From IMG/VR virus record IMGVR_UViG_3300043427_003402: DNA of 64,000 nt; one strand, 5' to 3'. Below are positions 7,967-17,987 of the stretch, one piece after another. The first letter of the stretch is position 1. Every line of letters begins with the position of its first letter. The notes beneath the pieces are model-generated. The model searched no databases. It had not been told where the DNA came from and worked only from the letters and a program-made list of their open reading frames with translations. Both the position numbers and the translations under genes were made by a program. Origin of the DNA: a virus.

Positions 7967-8617
7967 GTGTCTGGCATGTCTGAAGAATCTGCTAAAGAGT
8001 GTGCATCCTGCGACGAGCTTATTCGCGAGCTGGAGCTCGTCGAACTGGAGCTTAACGAGCAGACAGACATCATTGATAAGCTGCTAGAGGTATTGATGGG
8101 CGTCGAGGGTTTAGACTTTGCGCAACTGGGTTGGCTGCCAACTGACCTGCCACGCGTTGTGTCTGGGCTGCTAGGGTATATGAAAAGCCTTGAACAGTCC
8201 GCATCGGCTTCGGCGACGCTTGATAGCAGGCTATACGCAATCGAGGTCTGCGAAGCAGGGGAAGCGTGCGAGTTGGCGCGCGTGCAACTTGAGTCTGTGA
8301 AGGAAGAAGTCGTAGGCTTACGCGGCGCGTGCAAGACCATGAAGCGCGAACGCGACGCGGCTTTGCTGCGCAGTGCGCGGGACTTGGAGGCGTTGGCCGA
8401 CTTTAGGGCGGCAAGCGTACAGGCTCACCGCCTGATTAAACATCTTCGGTATTTACTGGGTGTCTCCAAGCAGGCGACTGACGAGACCGTGTTGTTCGAG
8501 GTAATTGATTTGTTAAGCGCTTTAAACCTCAAAGACGAAGCGACAGCGTTTGAAGAACTGGCCGTCTTCGACGACAACGCGGAGGCTGAAGAGGATGACG
8601 GAGCCGGTAGTACCTGA
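7967..8617 (+). CDS. Hypothetical acidic coiled-coil protein
   Basis: ORF abutting polA; heptad-like composition. Confidence 0.6.
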   Translation: MSGMSEESAKECASCDELIRELELVELELNEQTDIIDKLLEVLMGVEGLDFAQLGWLPTDLPRVVSGLLGYMKSLEQSASASATLDSRLYAIEVCEAGEACELARVQLESVKEEVVGLRGACKTMKRERDAALLRSARDLEALADFRAASVQAHRLIKHLRYLLGVSKQATDETVLFEVIDLLSALNLKDEATAFEELAVFDDNAEAEEDDGAGST

Positions 8618-8867
8618 GGCAGAAGCCTGCGGTGTCGCACCAGGGGATGTAGTTCAACTGCGGCCTGACACCGCGTACCCGTATTGTTACATGGTTGTTT
8701 TGGAAGCTAGGAGGGAAAGTGCGTTAGGCTACGTGTGCGTTCCGCAGTCGCAAGGAAAGTTACCGGGGCGCGCGTTTCTGCGCGTTCGGCACAACGAAAT
8801 GGTAGTCATCGGTAAACAGGTGTGGGTACCACCATTTTTTGAGGAGGAGAGAACTCGAAATGGCTAA
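8595..8867 (+). CDS. Hypothetical protein (SH3/KOW-like)
   Basis: PGDVVQL motif; overlaps neighbours in the operon. Confidence 0.55.
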   Translation: MTEPVVPEAEACGVAPGDVVQLRPDTAYPYCYMVVLEARRESALGYVCVPQSQGKLPGRAFLRVRHNEMVVIGKQVWVPPFFEEERTRNG

Positions 8868-9042
8868 AGATAAACCTATTGTGCAGATTTTACATATCCC
8901 TTCCGGGATATGCACGCGTTGCGGCGACGTGCGCGCAACCGCTGACTTGTGGCCTGCGTACGGCTCATCCGGCGCAACCTTTGACAACATGGCGTCAGGC
9001 GTGTGTGGGACATGCGTGAACGAGCAGGCGTCACGGGCGTAA
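8860..9042 (+). CDS. Small Zn-finger-like protein
   Basis: GAGGAG SD; CTRC..CGTC. Confidence 0.55.
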   Translation: MAKDKPIVQILHIPSGICTRCGDVRATADLWPAYGSSGATFDNMASGVCGTCVNEQASRA

Positions 9043-9052
9043 GGAGTTAGGC

Positions 9053-9334
9053 GTGTCACAACAAGAGTTGGTTGCGGCGAAGACCGAGATTCGCCGACAG
9101 CTGCAGGAGATTCGGCGGCGCGAGAACTTGCAGCGCTTGGAGCTGTTGACGGAGTTGTCGCGTCGGTTTTTCAAAGAGTTTGAGGTTGTGCAGGCGCGCT
9201 GCGCCGAGACAGGCCACAAGTGGCAAGAGACATCAATTCCTTTCCGGGTTTACTCACCTGTGCAAGAGATCTGCACGTGGTGCGACATTGAGCGCCCGGA
9301 TGAGGAAGTTGACGCCGCGCAAGCGGATTCCTAA
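9053..9334 (+). CDS. Hypothetical protein
   Basis: AAGGAG SD; C-x4-H..C-x2-C. Confidence 0.6.
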   Translation: MSQQELVAAKTEIRRQLQEIRRRENLQRLELLTELSRRFFKEFEVVQARCAETGHKWQETSIPFRVYSPVQEICTWCDIERPDEEVDAAQADS

Positions 9335-9529
9335 TTGTTAAGTTGAAGCTCTGTTATATTTAGGTGAAAGGTAGAACAGTGACCCACCGAGCCCCTCTCC
9401 ACACGCCCGAAAAACCATGGCGCCCCGCGGATGGCCACCACCCGCTCCCTCCAGTTACTAACCCACAAGTGAAGACCGGCACGGAGGGTTCACCTGTTCC
9501 TGCGGGCGGTTCCACTGTTTCGACGGAGG

Positions 9530-10468
9530 GTGCGCCCCGTGCCTAACCCGCTGAACGAGAGCTTGGATCTCTTACTGGAGCACCCCTTTCGCGTGTTAGG
9601 TGGTGCGGGCTTTGTGCGGTTGGTTGGCTACTACGGTACCGACGCAACCGTTGTACAAGCCGCCCGTGTCAGCTACGGCGAAGGCACGAAGACAGTCCGC
9701 GAGGACCAGGGGTTGATTAACTATCTGCTGCGTAATGCGCACTCGTCGCCGTTCGAGCAGTGCAATATGACGTGGCACATCAAGCAGCCGATATTTTGCG
9801 AGCGGCAGATGGGTCGTCACCGCACGGCTCGGCGCAATGAGATCAGTGGGCGGTACAGCGTGATGCGCGACGAGTTCTACTTGCCCGGCGCTACGGGGCT
9901 ACGTGCACAAGGCAAACGCAACAAGCAAGTAGGCGAGGGCGCGTTGCCAGAACGGGACGCCACGATTGCAGCGGACGACTTGGCTCGCCAGGCGCAGGCA
10001 GCGTATGCCGAATATGAAGGGCTGCTTGAACGGGGCGTGTCACGGGAGCAGGCACGTATGGTCTTGCCTCAGAATTTGCTGACGGAAGGGTACTGGCAGT
10101 TTGACTGGAGTAACCTGATGAAGATGCTGGCCTTGCGGTTGGATGCGCACGCGCAGGCAGAGATTCGTGAGATCGCTGAGGTGATGTTCGCGCACTTCTG
10201 TTTGGCGGCACCGTTGACCAGCGCAGCTTTCAAGGAATATGTGCTGCACGCGGCAAATATGTCGCGCAGCGAGTTGAAGGTGATTGCACGGTGGCACGAG
10301 TTACTGCTTTCCAGGTTCGATCCGCACTTCGTCTATTGCACCATCTTGAAAGACATGCGCGAAGACAGGTACGCCCAAGAGTTTCTGGACAAATTAGCCA
10401 AGTCCGCGCAAGATTACTTGGACGATGACGTCAGCGACCCCATGTGCGAGACGGACGAGCAGGAGTAA
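9530..10468 (+). CDS. thyX: FAD-dependent thymidylate synthase (likely start GTG 9539)
   Basis: AARVSY, HSSPFE, RHRTARRNEISGRY signature, AQAEIR. Confidence 0.95.
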   Translation: MRPVPNPLNESLDLLLEHPFRVLGGAGFVRLVGYYGTDATVVQAARVSYGEGTKTVREDQGLINYLLRNAHSSPFEQCNMTWHIKQPIFCERQMGRHRTARRNEISGRYSVMRDEFYLPGATGLRAQGKRNKQVGEGALPERDATIAADDLARQAQAAYAEYEGLLERGVSREQARMVLPQNLLTEGYWQFDWSNLMKMLALRLDAHAQAEIREIAEVMFAHFCLAAPLTSAAFKEYVLHAANMSRSELKVIARWHELLLSRFDPHFVYCTILKDMREDRYAQEFLDKLAKSAQDYLDDDVSDPMCETDEQE

Positions 10469-11106
10469 TTATTGTGCAGGATCTTTTTTCTGGGGCGGAC
10501 CTTCCGTACTTGATCGCGCTGGAAGGCCTAGACGCGTGCGGCAAAGGTACGCAGGCGCAACTGTTAGCTGACACCTTAGACGCCAGCCTGTTTAAGTATC
10601 CCGCGTACGAAACCGAGACCGGACAAGCAATCAAACGCGCGTTCGCCAACCCGCACCCGGACCCGCAACTCGCAGCGTACAGCTTGCAGGCGCTGCAGAC
10701 GGTCAACCGCTTAGAAACATCCGAGTTCTTGTGGAAGCTACTGAGCTACGGCTCGGTGGTACTGGACCGCTACACGGCGTCGGCGTACGCTTACGGGGTG
10801 GCGGACGGGCTGTCGATGGATTGGCTGCGTGGCATCGAACCCAGCAGCCTGCCGCAGCCTTCATTGCAGATTTACATCGACATCTCGGTGGAAGAGTCGT
10901 TCAGGCGGCGGCCGGAACGGGACGACCGCTACGAGGCAGACCGCGTACGGATGCAGCGGGTGCGCCAGGCTTATGTTGACTTGTTTGACAACCCGCCGCG
11001 CGCGCTGCAGTTCAACCGGCCGGATGAACCGACCGCTTGGCTGATAGTTGACGGGCATGGTACAATCGACGAAGTTCATCAGCGCATTTTAGCTTGCTTA
11101 CCGTGA
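10444..11106 (+). CDS. tmk: Thymidylate kinase
   Basis: LEGLDACGKGTQ P-loop; VLDRY..S..AYG. Confidence 0.9.
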   Translation: MRDGRAGVIIVQDLFSGADLPYLIALEGLDACGKGTQAQLLADTLDASLFKYPAYETETGQAIKRAFANPHPDPQLAAYSLQALQTVNRLETSEFLWKLLSYGSVVLDRYTASAYAYGVADGLSMDWLRGIEPSSLPQPSLQIYIDISVEESFRRRPERDDRYEADRVRMQRVRQAYVDLFDNPPRALQFNRPDEPTAWLIVDGHGTIDEVHQRILACLP

Positions 11107-11150
11107 TCCCTTGGTTTGGCTTGGTTGAATTTGTTAGGAGGTAGCAACAA

Positions 11151-12335
11151 GTGGCATTCTACTCATTCTCAAAGTTGTCCACGTACAACAAATGCTCTTA
11201 CTTTTTCTGGCGCTTTTACGTCGACCAGAGCTTACCGCGGCCTGACACGGACACGTTCAGCACGGTGCTGGGTAACCTGTGCCACGACGTGCTTGAAGCG
11301 TACTACTTGCAGTTCGCTGAAGAGCCGCCGCTGTTGGCCACCAAGACAGTCGACCAGCTCCTTGACGAGCATTGGGTGAAGCGGCTGACCGAGGATGGCA
11401 TCTTGCCGTTGCTAGACAGCTTGAAGGCGTACGAACAGAACGTCGCCTGGTTGTATTACCGAGCGTCTGAAGCGTGCACCACTCCGGACGCGATTCGGTC
11501 GGGCAAAGGCGCGTACCGCAAGGTACCCACGAAGCCCGAGATGACGAGTGACTGGAAGAAGGCGTGGGTAGAGATGGGCTTGGACGAAGCGAGCACACGT
11601 ATTCAGCAATACGCTGCCGCGGTAGCACAGCAGCGCGAGAACGAGCGGGCAGCGGCCATGGCGGCAGACCCTGAAGCGAAGCCTGCACGGTTGAAGAGTC
11701 GGCACTGGCTTAAGCTTAGCTTGCAGGAAGTGTACGCGCAGTCGTATAAGATTCTGCGCGGGTATCGCGACCCGGTACTGGGCACGCTGATTACGGCGGT
11801 CGAGTACCAGCTCAGTCGCTATGACGAGGACTTCAAGCACATGGAGAACGCGGTGCAGCTGCGTCCCGCTAAAGGCGACGGTCGGCCAACTTACTTGACC
11901 GGCTTCATTGACTTGATAGTGACCGATGCGCACAACCGTGTTTACATCATTGACCACAAGACCAGTAAGGGCGAGGCACCCAGCGAGTACAAGGTGCGGC
12001 ATTGGGAGCAGCTGTTGCTTTACGGCTGGGCGTGGACGCAGCTGACGGGCAAGGCCCCGGACTTCATTTGTATCAATCACTTGCGGTCACGGACGCTGGT
12101 GTGCGCGCCATTTGACCCGAAGCTGGCCGAGGGCGCACTGGGCCGGAAGCTGGCGGCCGTGAAAGGCATTGACGCGGAGGTGTTCATTCAGAGCAACCCT
12201 GCGGACTTCAACACCCCGTGCATCGGCTCCGACGGCGAGCCGTGCGGGTATTTGTACGACTGCCACCCCGAGTTCTTTGCAGCCTATACGGCTGACCGGG
12301 CGAAGCAGTCACAGGAGGCGACAACGAGTGTTTAA
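11151..12335 (+). CDS. PD-(D/E)XK nuclease, Cas4/RecB-like
   Basis: SFSKLSTYNKC; GNLCH; GFIDLI..IIDHKT; QLLLY; C-terminal Cys cluster. Confidence 0.85.
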   Translation: MAFYSFSKLSTYNKCSYFFWRFYVDQSLPRPDTDTFSTVLGNLCHDVLEAYYLQFAEEPPLLATKTVDQLLDEHWVKRLTEDGILPLLDSLKAYEQNVAWLYYRASEACTTPDAIRSGKGAYRKVPTKPEMTSDWKKAWVEMGLDEASTRIQQYAAAVAQQRENERAAAMAADPEAKPARLKSRHWLKLSLQEVYAQSYKILRGYRDPVLGTLITAVEYQLSRYDEDFKHMENAVQLRPAKGDGRPTYLTGFIDLIVTDAHNRVYIIDHKTSKGEAPSEYKVRHWEQLLLYGWAWTQLTGKAPDFICINHLRSRTLVCAPFDPKLAEGALGRKLAAVKGIDAEVFIQSNPADFNTPCIGSDGEPCGYLYDCHPEFFAAYTADRAKQSQEATTSV

Positions 12336-12666
12336 TTACCGATTGTTTCTGTACCGGCTGCGGGTAGCGTTGCAGTTTGGCGTTTGCAAAGCCGGTTTGT
12401 CGTTGTGCAAACCGCGCTTAGTGGCGACGCTGTTGGCGTTCTTGGGTTTAGCGATGGTGTGTTTAGCCGTGTACCTGCTTACCCCCAGGCCGGATAAGTT
12501 AAGCGGTTTAAAAGTGGGCACAGTCTACATGGTGTCAACAGGCGGCAGAATCCGGATTGGCGACTTCAAAGGCTCGCCGCGCTTCGAGGCAGGCGTATTC
12601 ATTTGGCGGGACGGTCGCGGGATGGAATACCGGACGGTTGCCCCTGTGCTGTTTGAGTCGCGCTGA
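12328..12666 (+). CDS. Hypothetical membrane-anchored protein
   Basis: AGGAGG SD before GTG 12328; one hydrophobic segment. Confidence 0.5.
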   Translation: MFNYRLFLYRLRVALQFGVCKAGLSLCKPRLVATLLAFLGLAMVCLAVYLLTPRPDKLSGLKVGTVYMVSTGGRIRIGDFKGSPRFEAGVFIWRDGRGMEYRTVAPVLFESR

Positions 12667-13322
12667 TGAGCGTGGTTGTAGGGATTGACCCGTCCATCCG
12701 AAGCACTGGCGTTTGTGTGCTGGGCGCAGAGGCGGATGTAGAACTGAGCCAGATTTCGTTTCCCGAGTTGCGAGGGGTAGCGCGACTGGTTCAAGTGGTC
12801 GACCGCTTGCAAGAGATTCTCAAGGAAAACTTAGGGGAGCACCCTGATAGTTGTTTGGTGGTGATTGAAGGTTACGCAACTCGCGGCGGAGAAAACAATT
12901 CTCTTGTTGAACTTGGCGGGTGTATACGTTATCATCTTCACCGGGCAGCGTTGCCTTTTGTCGTAGTGCCGCCGTCGTCACTAAAAAAGTTTGTGACGGG
13001 AAAAGGTAATGCGGATAAAGTCACTGTATGCCAGTATATCGAACGTCGTTACGGTCGTCAGTTCTTGCGCCCTTGGCCTGGTAAGGATCATCCTAAGCGA
13101 CCCAAAACCATGCCAGCTACCTGGGGAGCAAATCCTGCCCACTACCGTAATGATGAGGCTGATGCTTTTGCGCTGGCACATCTAGGGTACGCTCTGCTAC
13201 ATGACCGTCTACCGGCTTCCTCGCAACTTACGGCCCACGAACGGGAAGTGCTCGCTGGTTTGCGACTCGACCCGACGGGTGACCTGCTTGCGGAGGATGC
13301 TTTGCGTAAACTGCCTGAGTAG
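12666..13322 (+). CDS. ruvC: RuvC-like Holliday junction resolvase
   Basis: VGIDPS..TG; VIEGY; PSSLKKFVTGKGNADK; DEADA. Confidence 0.85.
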   Translation: MSVVVGIDPSIRSTGVCVLGAEADVELSQISFPELRGVARLVQVVDRLQEILKENLGEHPDSCLVVIEGYATRGGENNSLVELGGCIRYHLHRAALPFVVVPPSSLKKFVTGKGNADKVTVCQYIERRYGRQFLRPWPGKDHPKRPKTMPATWGANPAHYRNDEADAFALAHLGYALLHDRLPASSQLTAHEREVLAGLRLDPTGDLLAEDALRKLPE

Positions 13323-13342
13323 CTTGGTATAGGAGTCCACTC

Positions 13343-13948
13343 TTGCAGTCTCGCATCTTTTGTTTCGACCTTGAGACCACTGGCTTACCTACGCTGGGGC
13401 TTCCGGTAGTACCGGTTCAGATTGCCGGGGTGGTGCTCGATCCGAACGTTCCCGGCCTGCCTGAGATCGGGGAATTTCACGAGTTTATGCAGGTCCCGGC
13501 TTACGCCCATTTCGACCCCGAGGCCATCCAGATGCACGCCGCTAAGGGCCGCACACCGGAATGGTATCAGATGAACGGGAAGCCGCCGGCGGAAGTCTAC
13601 CGGGCACTGGACGCTTTCTTGCGGGGGTTCATGCGGCACAAGTGGGACATGCCGTATCCTGCTGGGCATAATGTTGCCTCCTTTGACATCCCTATTTTAA
13701 ACCGTGAGATCGCTATGCAGTTGGGCAAAGATTACAGATTTCCTTTGCGGTATCATATCTTGGATACAATGGGCGAATGTACTTGGCGCAAGATGTTGAC
13801 GGGTGCCCCCGATAAGTTGAAATTAAGCGAGGTCGCACGGCACTTCTCAGTTCCATTGAATGAGGAAGAGGCGCACGACGCGTTGGTAGACGTCAAGGCG
13901 ACAGCCGAGATCCTGCGGCGTATCTGGACAGAACGTAAGGCAAGCTGA
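13343..13948 (+). CDS. DEDDh 3'-5' exonuclease (DnaQ-like)
   Basis: FDLETTGL; GHNVASFD; HDALVD. Confidence 0.9.
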   Translation: MQSRIFCFDLETTGLPTLGLPVVPVQIAGVVLDPNVPGLPEIGEFHEFMQVPAYAHFDPEAIQMHAAKGRTPEWYQMNGKPPAEVYRALDAFLRGFMRHKWDMPYPAGHNVASFDIPILNREIAMQLGKDYRFPLRYHILDTMGECTWRKMLTGAPDKLKLSEVARHFSVPLNEEEAHDALVDVKATAEILRRIWTERKAS

Positions 13949-13964
13949 TATACTTGTTGGGCTT

Positions 13965-14055
13965 AACGGGAGCCGACGCGAACTGATAAAACCTAGCTAA
14001 TGCCTTATAGACCTCGCTAGGTTTTATCATTGGCGTCCTTTGTGAGGTTCCCGTT
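13965..14055. ncRNA. Long intergenic stem-loop (candidate structured RNA or regulatory hairpin)
   Basis: Stacked stems AACGGGAGCC/GGTTCCCGTT, GACGC/GCGTC and perfect 14-bp TGATAAAACCTAGC/GCTAGGTTTTATCA. Confidence 0.5.
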
Positions 14056-14165
14056 TCAGCGTCTGCAGCTGCTGTCTTGGGCGTTTCAAAGCCGCGTCAC
14101 CCACCCGGCTAGGTTTAACTTAACAAAAAGATTTAGCTAAGTATAGTACGGTTGTTTAGTTTGAG

Positions 14166-15644
14166 GTGAATATGTTCGTTCCTTCTGCCTACCAGCAGCA
14201 GATATTCGACTTTATCGAGCACGACGTCGGTAACGGCTTTATTCGTGCGGCTGCTGGTTCCGGTAAGACCACGACCATTATCCAGGCGTTGAACTACGTG
14301 CCACCTCACCTGAGCACGTTGTTTTTGGCTTTTAACAAGAGCATCGCGGATTCTTTGGCCGAGCGGCTGCCGGCGCACACGACTGCGATGACAGTGCACA
14401 AGCTGGGCCTGACGCAAGTGCAGCACGCGTTTCCACACGCGACGATTGAGCAGTACAAGTACAGTGGAATTGTCGAGGCGCTGGTCCGCAAGGTGCACCA
14501 GCCTCGGTTCAAGGTGTCTAAATACTATTTGCGTAATCTAATTTTAGACTACGTCCATTTTGCACAGGTGACGCTCACGGACCCGCGCAACGAGGACATG
14601 ATTGAAGAGCTGGCGTTGCGGTACGGCCTCTCCACGCAGTTTCGCACGCGCATGTCGGAGTGGGTGACAGAAGTGCTCAACCGCGGTTACGAGGACGCGG
14701 TGGTGAAGGGTTCGATTGCGTTTAATGACATGTTGTGGTTGCCGAATGTGGTGCCGATGGTGTGCCCCCAGTACGACTTGGTGCTGGTCGACGAGGCCCA
14801 AGACCTTAGCCGCGCGCAACGCGAGGTGGTGCTACGGGCGGTCAAGCCCACAGGCCGCGTAATTTTTTGCGCCGACCCGGCCCAAGCGATTTACGGCTTC
14901 AGCGGTGCCGACACGGACAGCGTACAGGCGTTACGCGAGTTACCGATGATGACGGAGCTTCCGTTGTCGATTTGTTACCGGTGCCCCACCAGCCACTTGG
15001 CACTTGCGCAGGAACTTGTGCCTGACATCGAGGCCGCGCCCGACGCGGTAGAAGGGCACGTGGAACACATTCAGGTGGCTTCCGTGCCGCAGCTGGTACG
15101 GCCGTATGACTTGGTTTTAAGCCGTACAAATGCCCCATTGTACCAGACGTACTTGGACCTGATGACGGCGGGCATACCCGCGCAGATCCAAGGTAAGGAC
15201 GTGCTGCGGGAGTTCGGGTCGCTACTGAGTTTTGCCGAGACGTTTATGTCCAAGCATAAGGCGACGTTAGCGGAAGCCTGCAAGGCGTACATTGAATCGC
15301 GCGAAGCGGAGCTACGCGCATACGAGGACGCGGAATTGCAACTTGAGATGGTACGGGACCAGGCTGAAGTCGTGGCCGCTATGGCGGAGCGCAAGGGCTT
15401 GACGACTGCGGCGCAAGTGACGGTGCTGCTGAAAGAAATGGCGGCGGATAAGCAGGGCGCAGTGCTGTTGTCTTCGATTCACCGGGCGAAGGGGTTAGAG
15501 GCAGAACGCGTGTTTTTGCTCTTTCCGGATATGCTGCCGCACCCCAAGGCGACGCAAGACTGGGCGAAGGTGCAGGAATTTAACTTGAAGTACGTGGCGT
15601 TGACCCGCGCGAAGCAGGACCTGTTTTTTGTGTGGCGTGACTAG
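14166..15644 (+). CDS. UvrD/Rep-like superfamily 1 helicase
   Basis: AAAGSGKTT; LVDEAQD; QAIYGF; YRCP; SSIHRAKGLE; YVALTRAK. Confidence 0.92.
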   Translation: MNMFVPSAYQQQIFDFIEHDVGNGFIRAAAGSGKTTTIIQALNYVPPHLSTLFLAFNKSIADSLAERLPAHTTAMTVHKLGLTQVQHAFPHATIEQYKYSGIVEALVRKVHQPRFKVSKYYLRNLILDYVHFAQVTLTDPRNEDMIEELALRYGLSTQFRTRMSEWVTEVLNRGYEDAVVKGSIAFNDMLWLPNVVPMVCPQYDLVLVDEAQDLSRAQREVVLRAVKPTGRVIFCADPAQAIYGFSGADTDSVQALRELPMMTELPLSICYRCPTSHLALAQELVPDIEAAPDAVEGHVEHIQVASVPQLVRPYDLVLSRTNAPLYQTYLDLMTAGIPAQIQGKDVLREFGSLLSFAETFMSKHKATLAEACKAYIESREAELRAYEDAELQLEMVRDQAEVVAAMAERKGLTTAAQVTVLLKEMAADKQGAVLLSSIHRAKGLEAERVFLLFPDMLPHPKATQDWAKVQEFNLKYVALTRAKQDLFFVWRD

Positions 15645-15659
15645 CTAGGAGCATGAAGC

Positions 15660-16385
15660 TTACCGCCCGGACTTAGACCAGTGGTTATCTTCTCTGCTCC
15701 CCGCGACCCTCGCGTAGAGCCCGTTTTTATTCATGATTGCCAAGACCCGCGGATTGGTGCGACTGCCTTCCGGTGAAAGGTCGATAGCAACTCCGCGCCT
15801 ATGATTACTTGTGTTACCGTCAGCGGCGCTCGGGTTTGTTTTTGCCGCCGCGATCTGGGCCGCTAAGGTCCGGTAACCGCTCACGATACGCGCGTGTATG
15901 CCCTCGTCGTGCAGCTCTGTCAACGCCTTAATAACCTTGAGCGCAAACTCGGCCTCCAAGGCCGCGGGCTTATTCGTGCCACCTGCACGCTTCTTAACGC
16001 TGTCGTCTAGGAAACGTGCAGGGATCGTACAGAGTTTAAGCACCTGTGGGGGATCAAAGTCATTGTCCGGCCACTCGTATACTTCTAGCCCACCAACCGC
16101 ACGCACCTTAATGAGTGTTGCCGCGTCTTTGGCGGCTTCTTTGATCGTCCCAATCAGGGCTTCAATCTTTTCCGCGTCGTTGTCCCATTTTGACACAAGC
16201 TCACTGCTGTAATAACTTCCGTTGGCACCGTGCCGCGCGGCGTATATCGCAGCAAATAGCTTGTTCGCGCCGACATCTCCGGGCTTTACGCTCGCCTCGC
16301 CCTCGTCATTCGGCGGCGCAAGCGGCGAGCCGATGTCTATAAGTAACTCTTTAAAGTCGTCGATTAGTTTATCTGGCGTGCTCAC
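15660..16385 (-). CDS. Peptidase M15-type (VanY-like) peptidoglycan hydrolase
   Basis: SGYRT, SNHRRGVAIDL, EDNHW zinc-peptidase motifs. Confidence 0.75.
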   Translation of the reverse strand: MSTPDKLIDDFKELLIDIGSPLAPPNDEGEASVKPGDVGANKLFAAIYAARHGANGSYYSSELVSKWDNDAEKIEALIGTIKEAAKDAATLIKVRAVGGLEVYEWPDNDFDPPQVLKLCTIPARFLDDSVKKRAGGTNKPAALEAEFALKVIKALTELHDEGIHARIVSGYRTLAAQIAAAKTNPSAADGNTSNHRRGVAIDLSPEGSRTNPRVLAIMNKNGLYARVAGSREDNHWSKSGR

Positions 16386-17935
16386 AGCGTTACCTTAATG
16401 ATCTCGGTGGTGACTCCGGTGTCTTCATCGTACGCAAGGATTGTATAACCCTCGTCGCCTAGAAGCTGCTCTTCCTCCAAGTCAATAGTTGCCCCTAAGG
16501 TCGGAAGCTCGCGTATACCGTCCGGAAACGCTGCGCCCATTATCAGCCCGGAGTTTAGGATGTCTTGCCCGCCCTCAATGCGGTGCGTGTCGGTTAATTC
16601 AAAAGTTGCGCCCAGCGTAACCTGGTCATGCGCCGTGTCGAACAAACTGGAGGGGTCGCTGTTCAGCACCGCTAACGAATTGAGCGCTAGGTTTCGCCGC
16701 TCCGTGAAATAGTCTGCGTAGTCTGCCGTGTCGCCGTCTTGTAGCCCGCGGGTAAGCGCGATTGTTGCCACGGCCTCTATTTCGCTGTCGTCGGGCAGGT
16801 CGAATACTAGCTTCACCAAAAAGAATGAATTGACGTAAGGGGACGTGTAAGAGGGTTTGACGTCAAATACTAACCCGAAAAACTGCTCGACGGCGTCAAA
16901 TGACTGCAGGGCTAAGGTGTTCACGCGCATACCGAAGACGTGGTACTTCAGGTACGTGTTGAACAGGTGGTCAATGACGTCCGGGTCATCCCGCTTTTCA
17001 AGCGCCAAGACGGGAACGAGGGATTCGGGCAGGTAGTTTACGACGCGTTCGTCAGCAACTGTGTTAGTGGGTCCGCCTTTCCACCACTCAGGCTCGGAGA
17101 TGTAGTCCATGACGCGGATGTCCTTGATAAAGGTTTCCATGACTCGAATCTCGCTGTCGACGTCGACGATCAGCTCCGCCGCAATCGGGATGCGGTATTC
17201 AAGGTTCTTGACCGTTCGGATAACGTGATGGGTAACGGTGCGCGTGATACCGATGATACGGTCGTTCTCTCTGGCCACGGGGTAGCCCGCCGCCAAGTTT
17301 AGCCCGGCGTTTACTAGGAAGAGGATCGGCCCGCGCGCGTACAGCGACATGGCCCCTTTAATCAGCTGACGGTACTGCTCGCTGGAGGGCTTTACGATCT
17401 TGACTAGGTCCCCGAACCGCTGCTCCAAGTCGTCCGCGTCGACTAAAACTTTCGGGGCGAAGAACAGGATCGCTTTACTTTGCCCGACTTGGCTGATTGG
17501 GTAAGCGGTGTTTAAGAATGGGTCCTCTGCGAAAACAATTCGCGTGTACTCGGCTTCCTCCCCCGCGTCTTGCCCCGCTGGGGCCTGCTCAAGCTCATAG
17601 TGGACGCCTTCCCGCAACACGAGCGTCGGGTTAAACATTTTGTTATACAGGAAAGGAATCGCTTCGTAGCGCGCGGCTAGCGCGTACTTGTACGGCTCGT
17701 TACCGGCTCTTGCTTCAAGCGTGCCTTCTTCAAACGTGATTAGGTTCCAGAAGTCTTCTTGGAAAAGGCTCAACGAGTCGATAAAATCGGGCGCGGCCGC
17801 TCGCACCGCTTGCAGGTACATTCTGTACAGCAGCTCGGTCTGTGCACCGATCGCAGCGGACAGAAGCTGCTTATCTTGCCACACCGTAGTCCAGAAGTCG
17901 CTCAGGAAATTTAAAAAAAGACTTCCGTCACGCAT
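16382..17935 (-). CDS. Probable baseplate wedge protein
   Basis: YRQLIKG..LY..GP motif and VKPSYT resemble wedge proteins; acidic; myophage context. Confidence 0.5.
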   Translation of the reverse strand: MRDGSLFLNFLSDFWTTVWQDKQLLSAAIGAQTELLYRMYLQAVRAAAPDFIDSLSLFQEDFWNLITFEEGTLEARAGNEPYKYALAARYEAIPFLYNKMFNPTLVLREGVHYELEQAPAGQDAGEEAEYTRIVFAEDPFLNTAYPISQVGQSKAILFFAPKVLVDADDLEQRFGDLVKIVKPSSEQYRQLIKGAMSLYARGPILFLVNAGLNLAAGYPVARENDRIIGITRTVTHHVIRTVKNLEYRIPIAAELIVDVDSEIRVMETFIKDIRVMDYISEPEWWKGGPTNTVADERVVNYLPESLVPVLALEKRDDPDVIDHLFNTYLKYHVFGMRVNTLALQSFDAVEQFFGLVFDVKPSYTSPYVNSFFLVKLVFDLPDDSEIEAVATIALTRGLQDGDTADYADYFTERRNLALNSLAVLNSDPSSLFDTAHDQVTLGATFELTDTHRIEGGQDILNSGLIMGAAFPDGIRELPTLGATIDLEEEQLLGDEGYTILAYDEDTGVTTEIIKVTL

Positions 17936-17987
17936 GTTTATGACTCTCTGGCGATAATTAAAACGGACATCTTAGGAGAATTATAGC

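Noticed and set aside
11151-12335. Cas4-like nuclease as an adaptation module for the TnpB mini-arrays
   Set aside because: It sits within the replication/recombination operon, where solo Cas4/RecB-like nucleases are common in phages; no cas1 or cas2 is seen.
5735-15644. Inteins or introns in replication genes
   Set aside because: No C..HN splice motifs, homing endonuclease motifs or split ORFs were seen.
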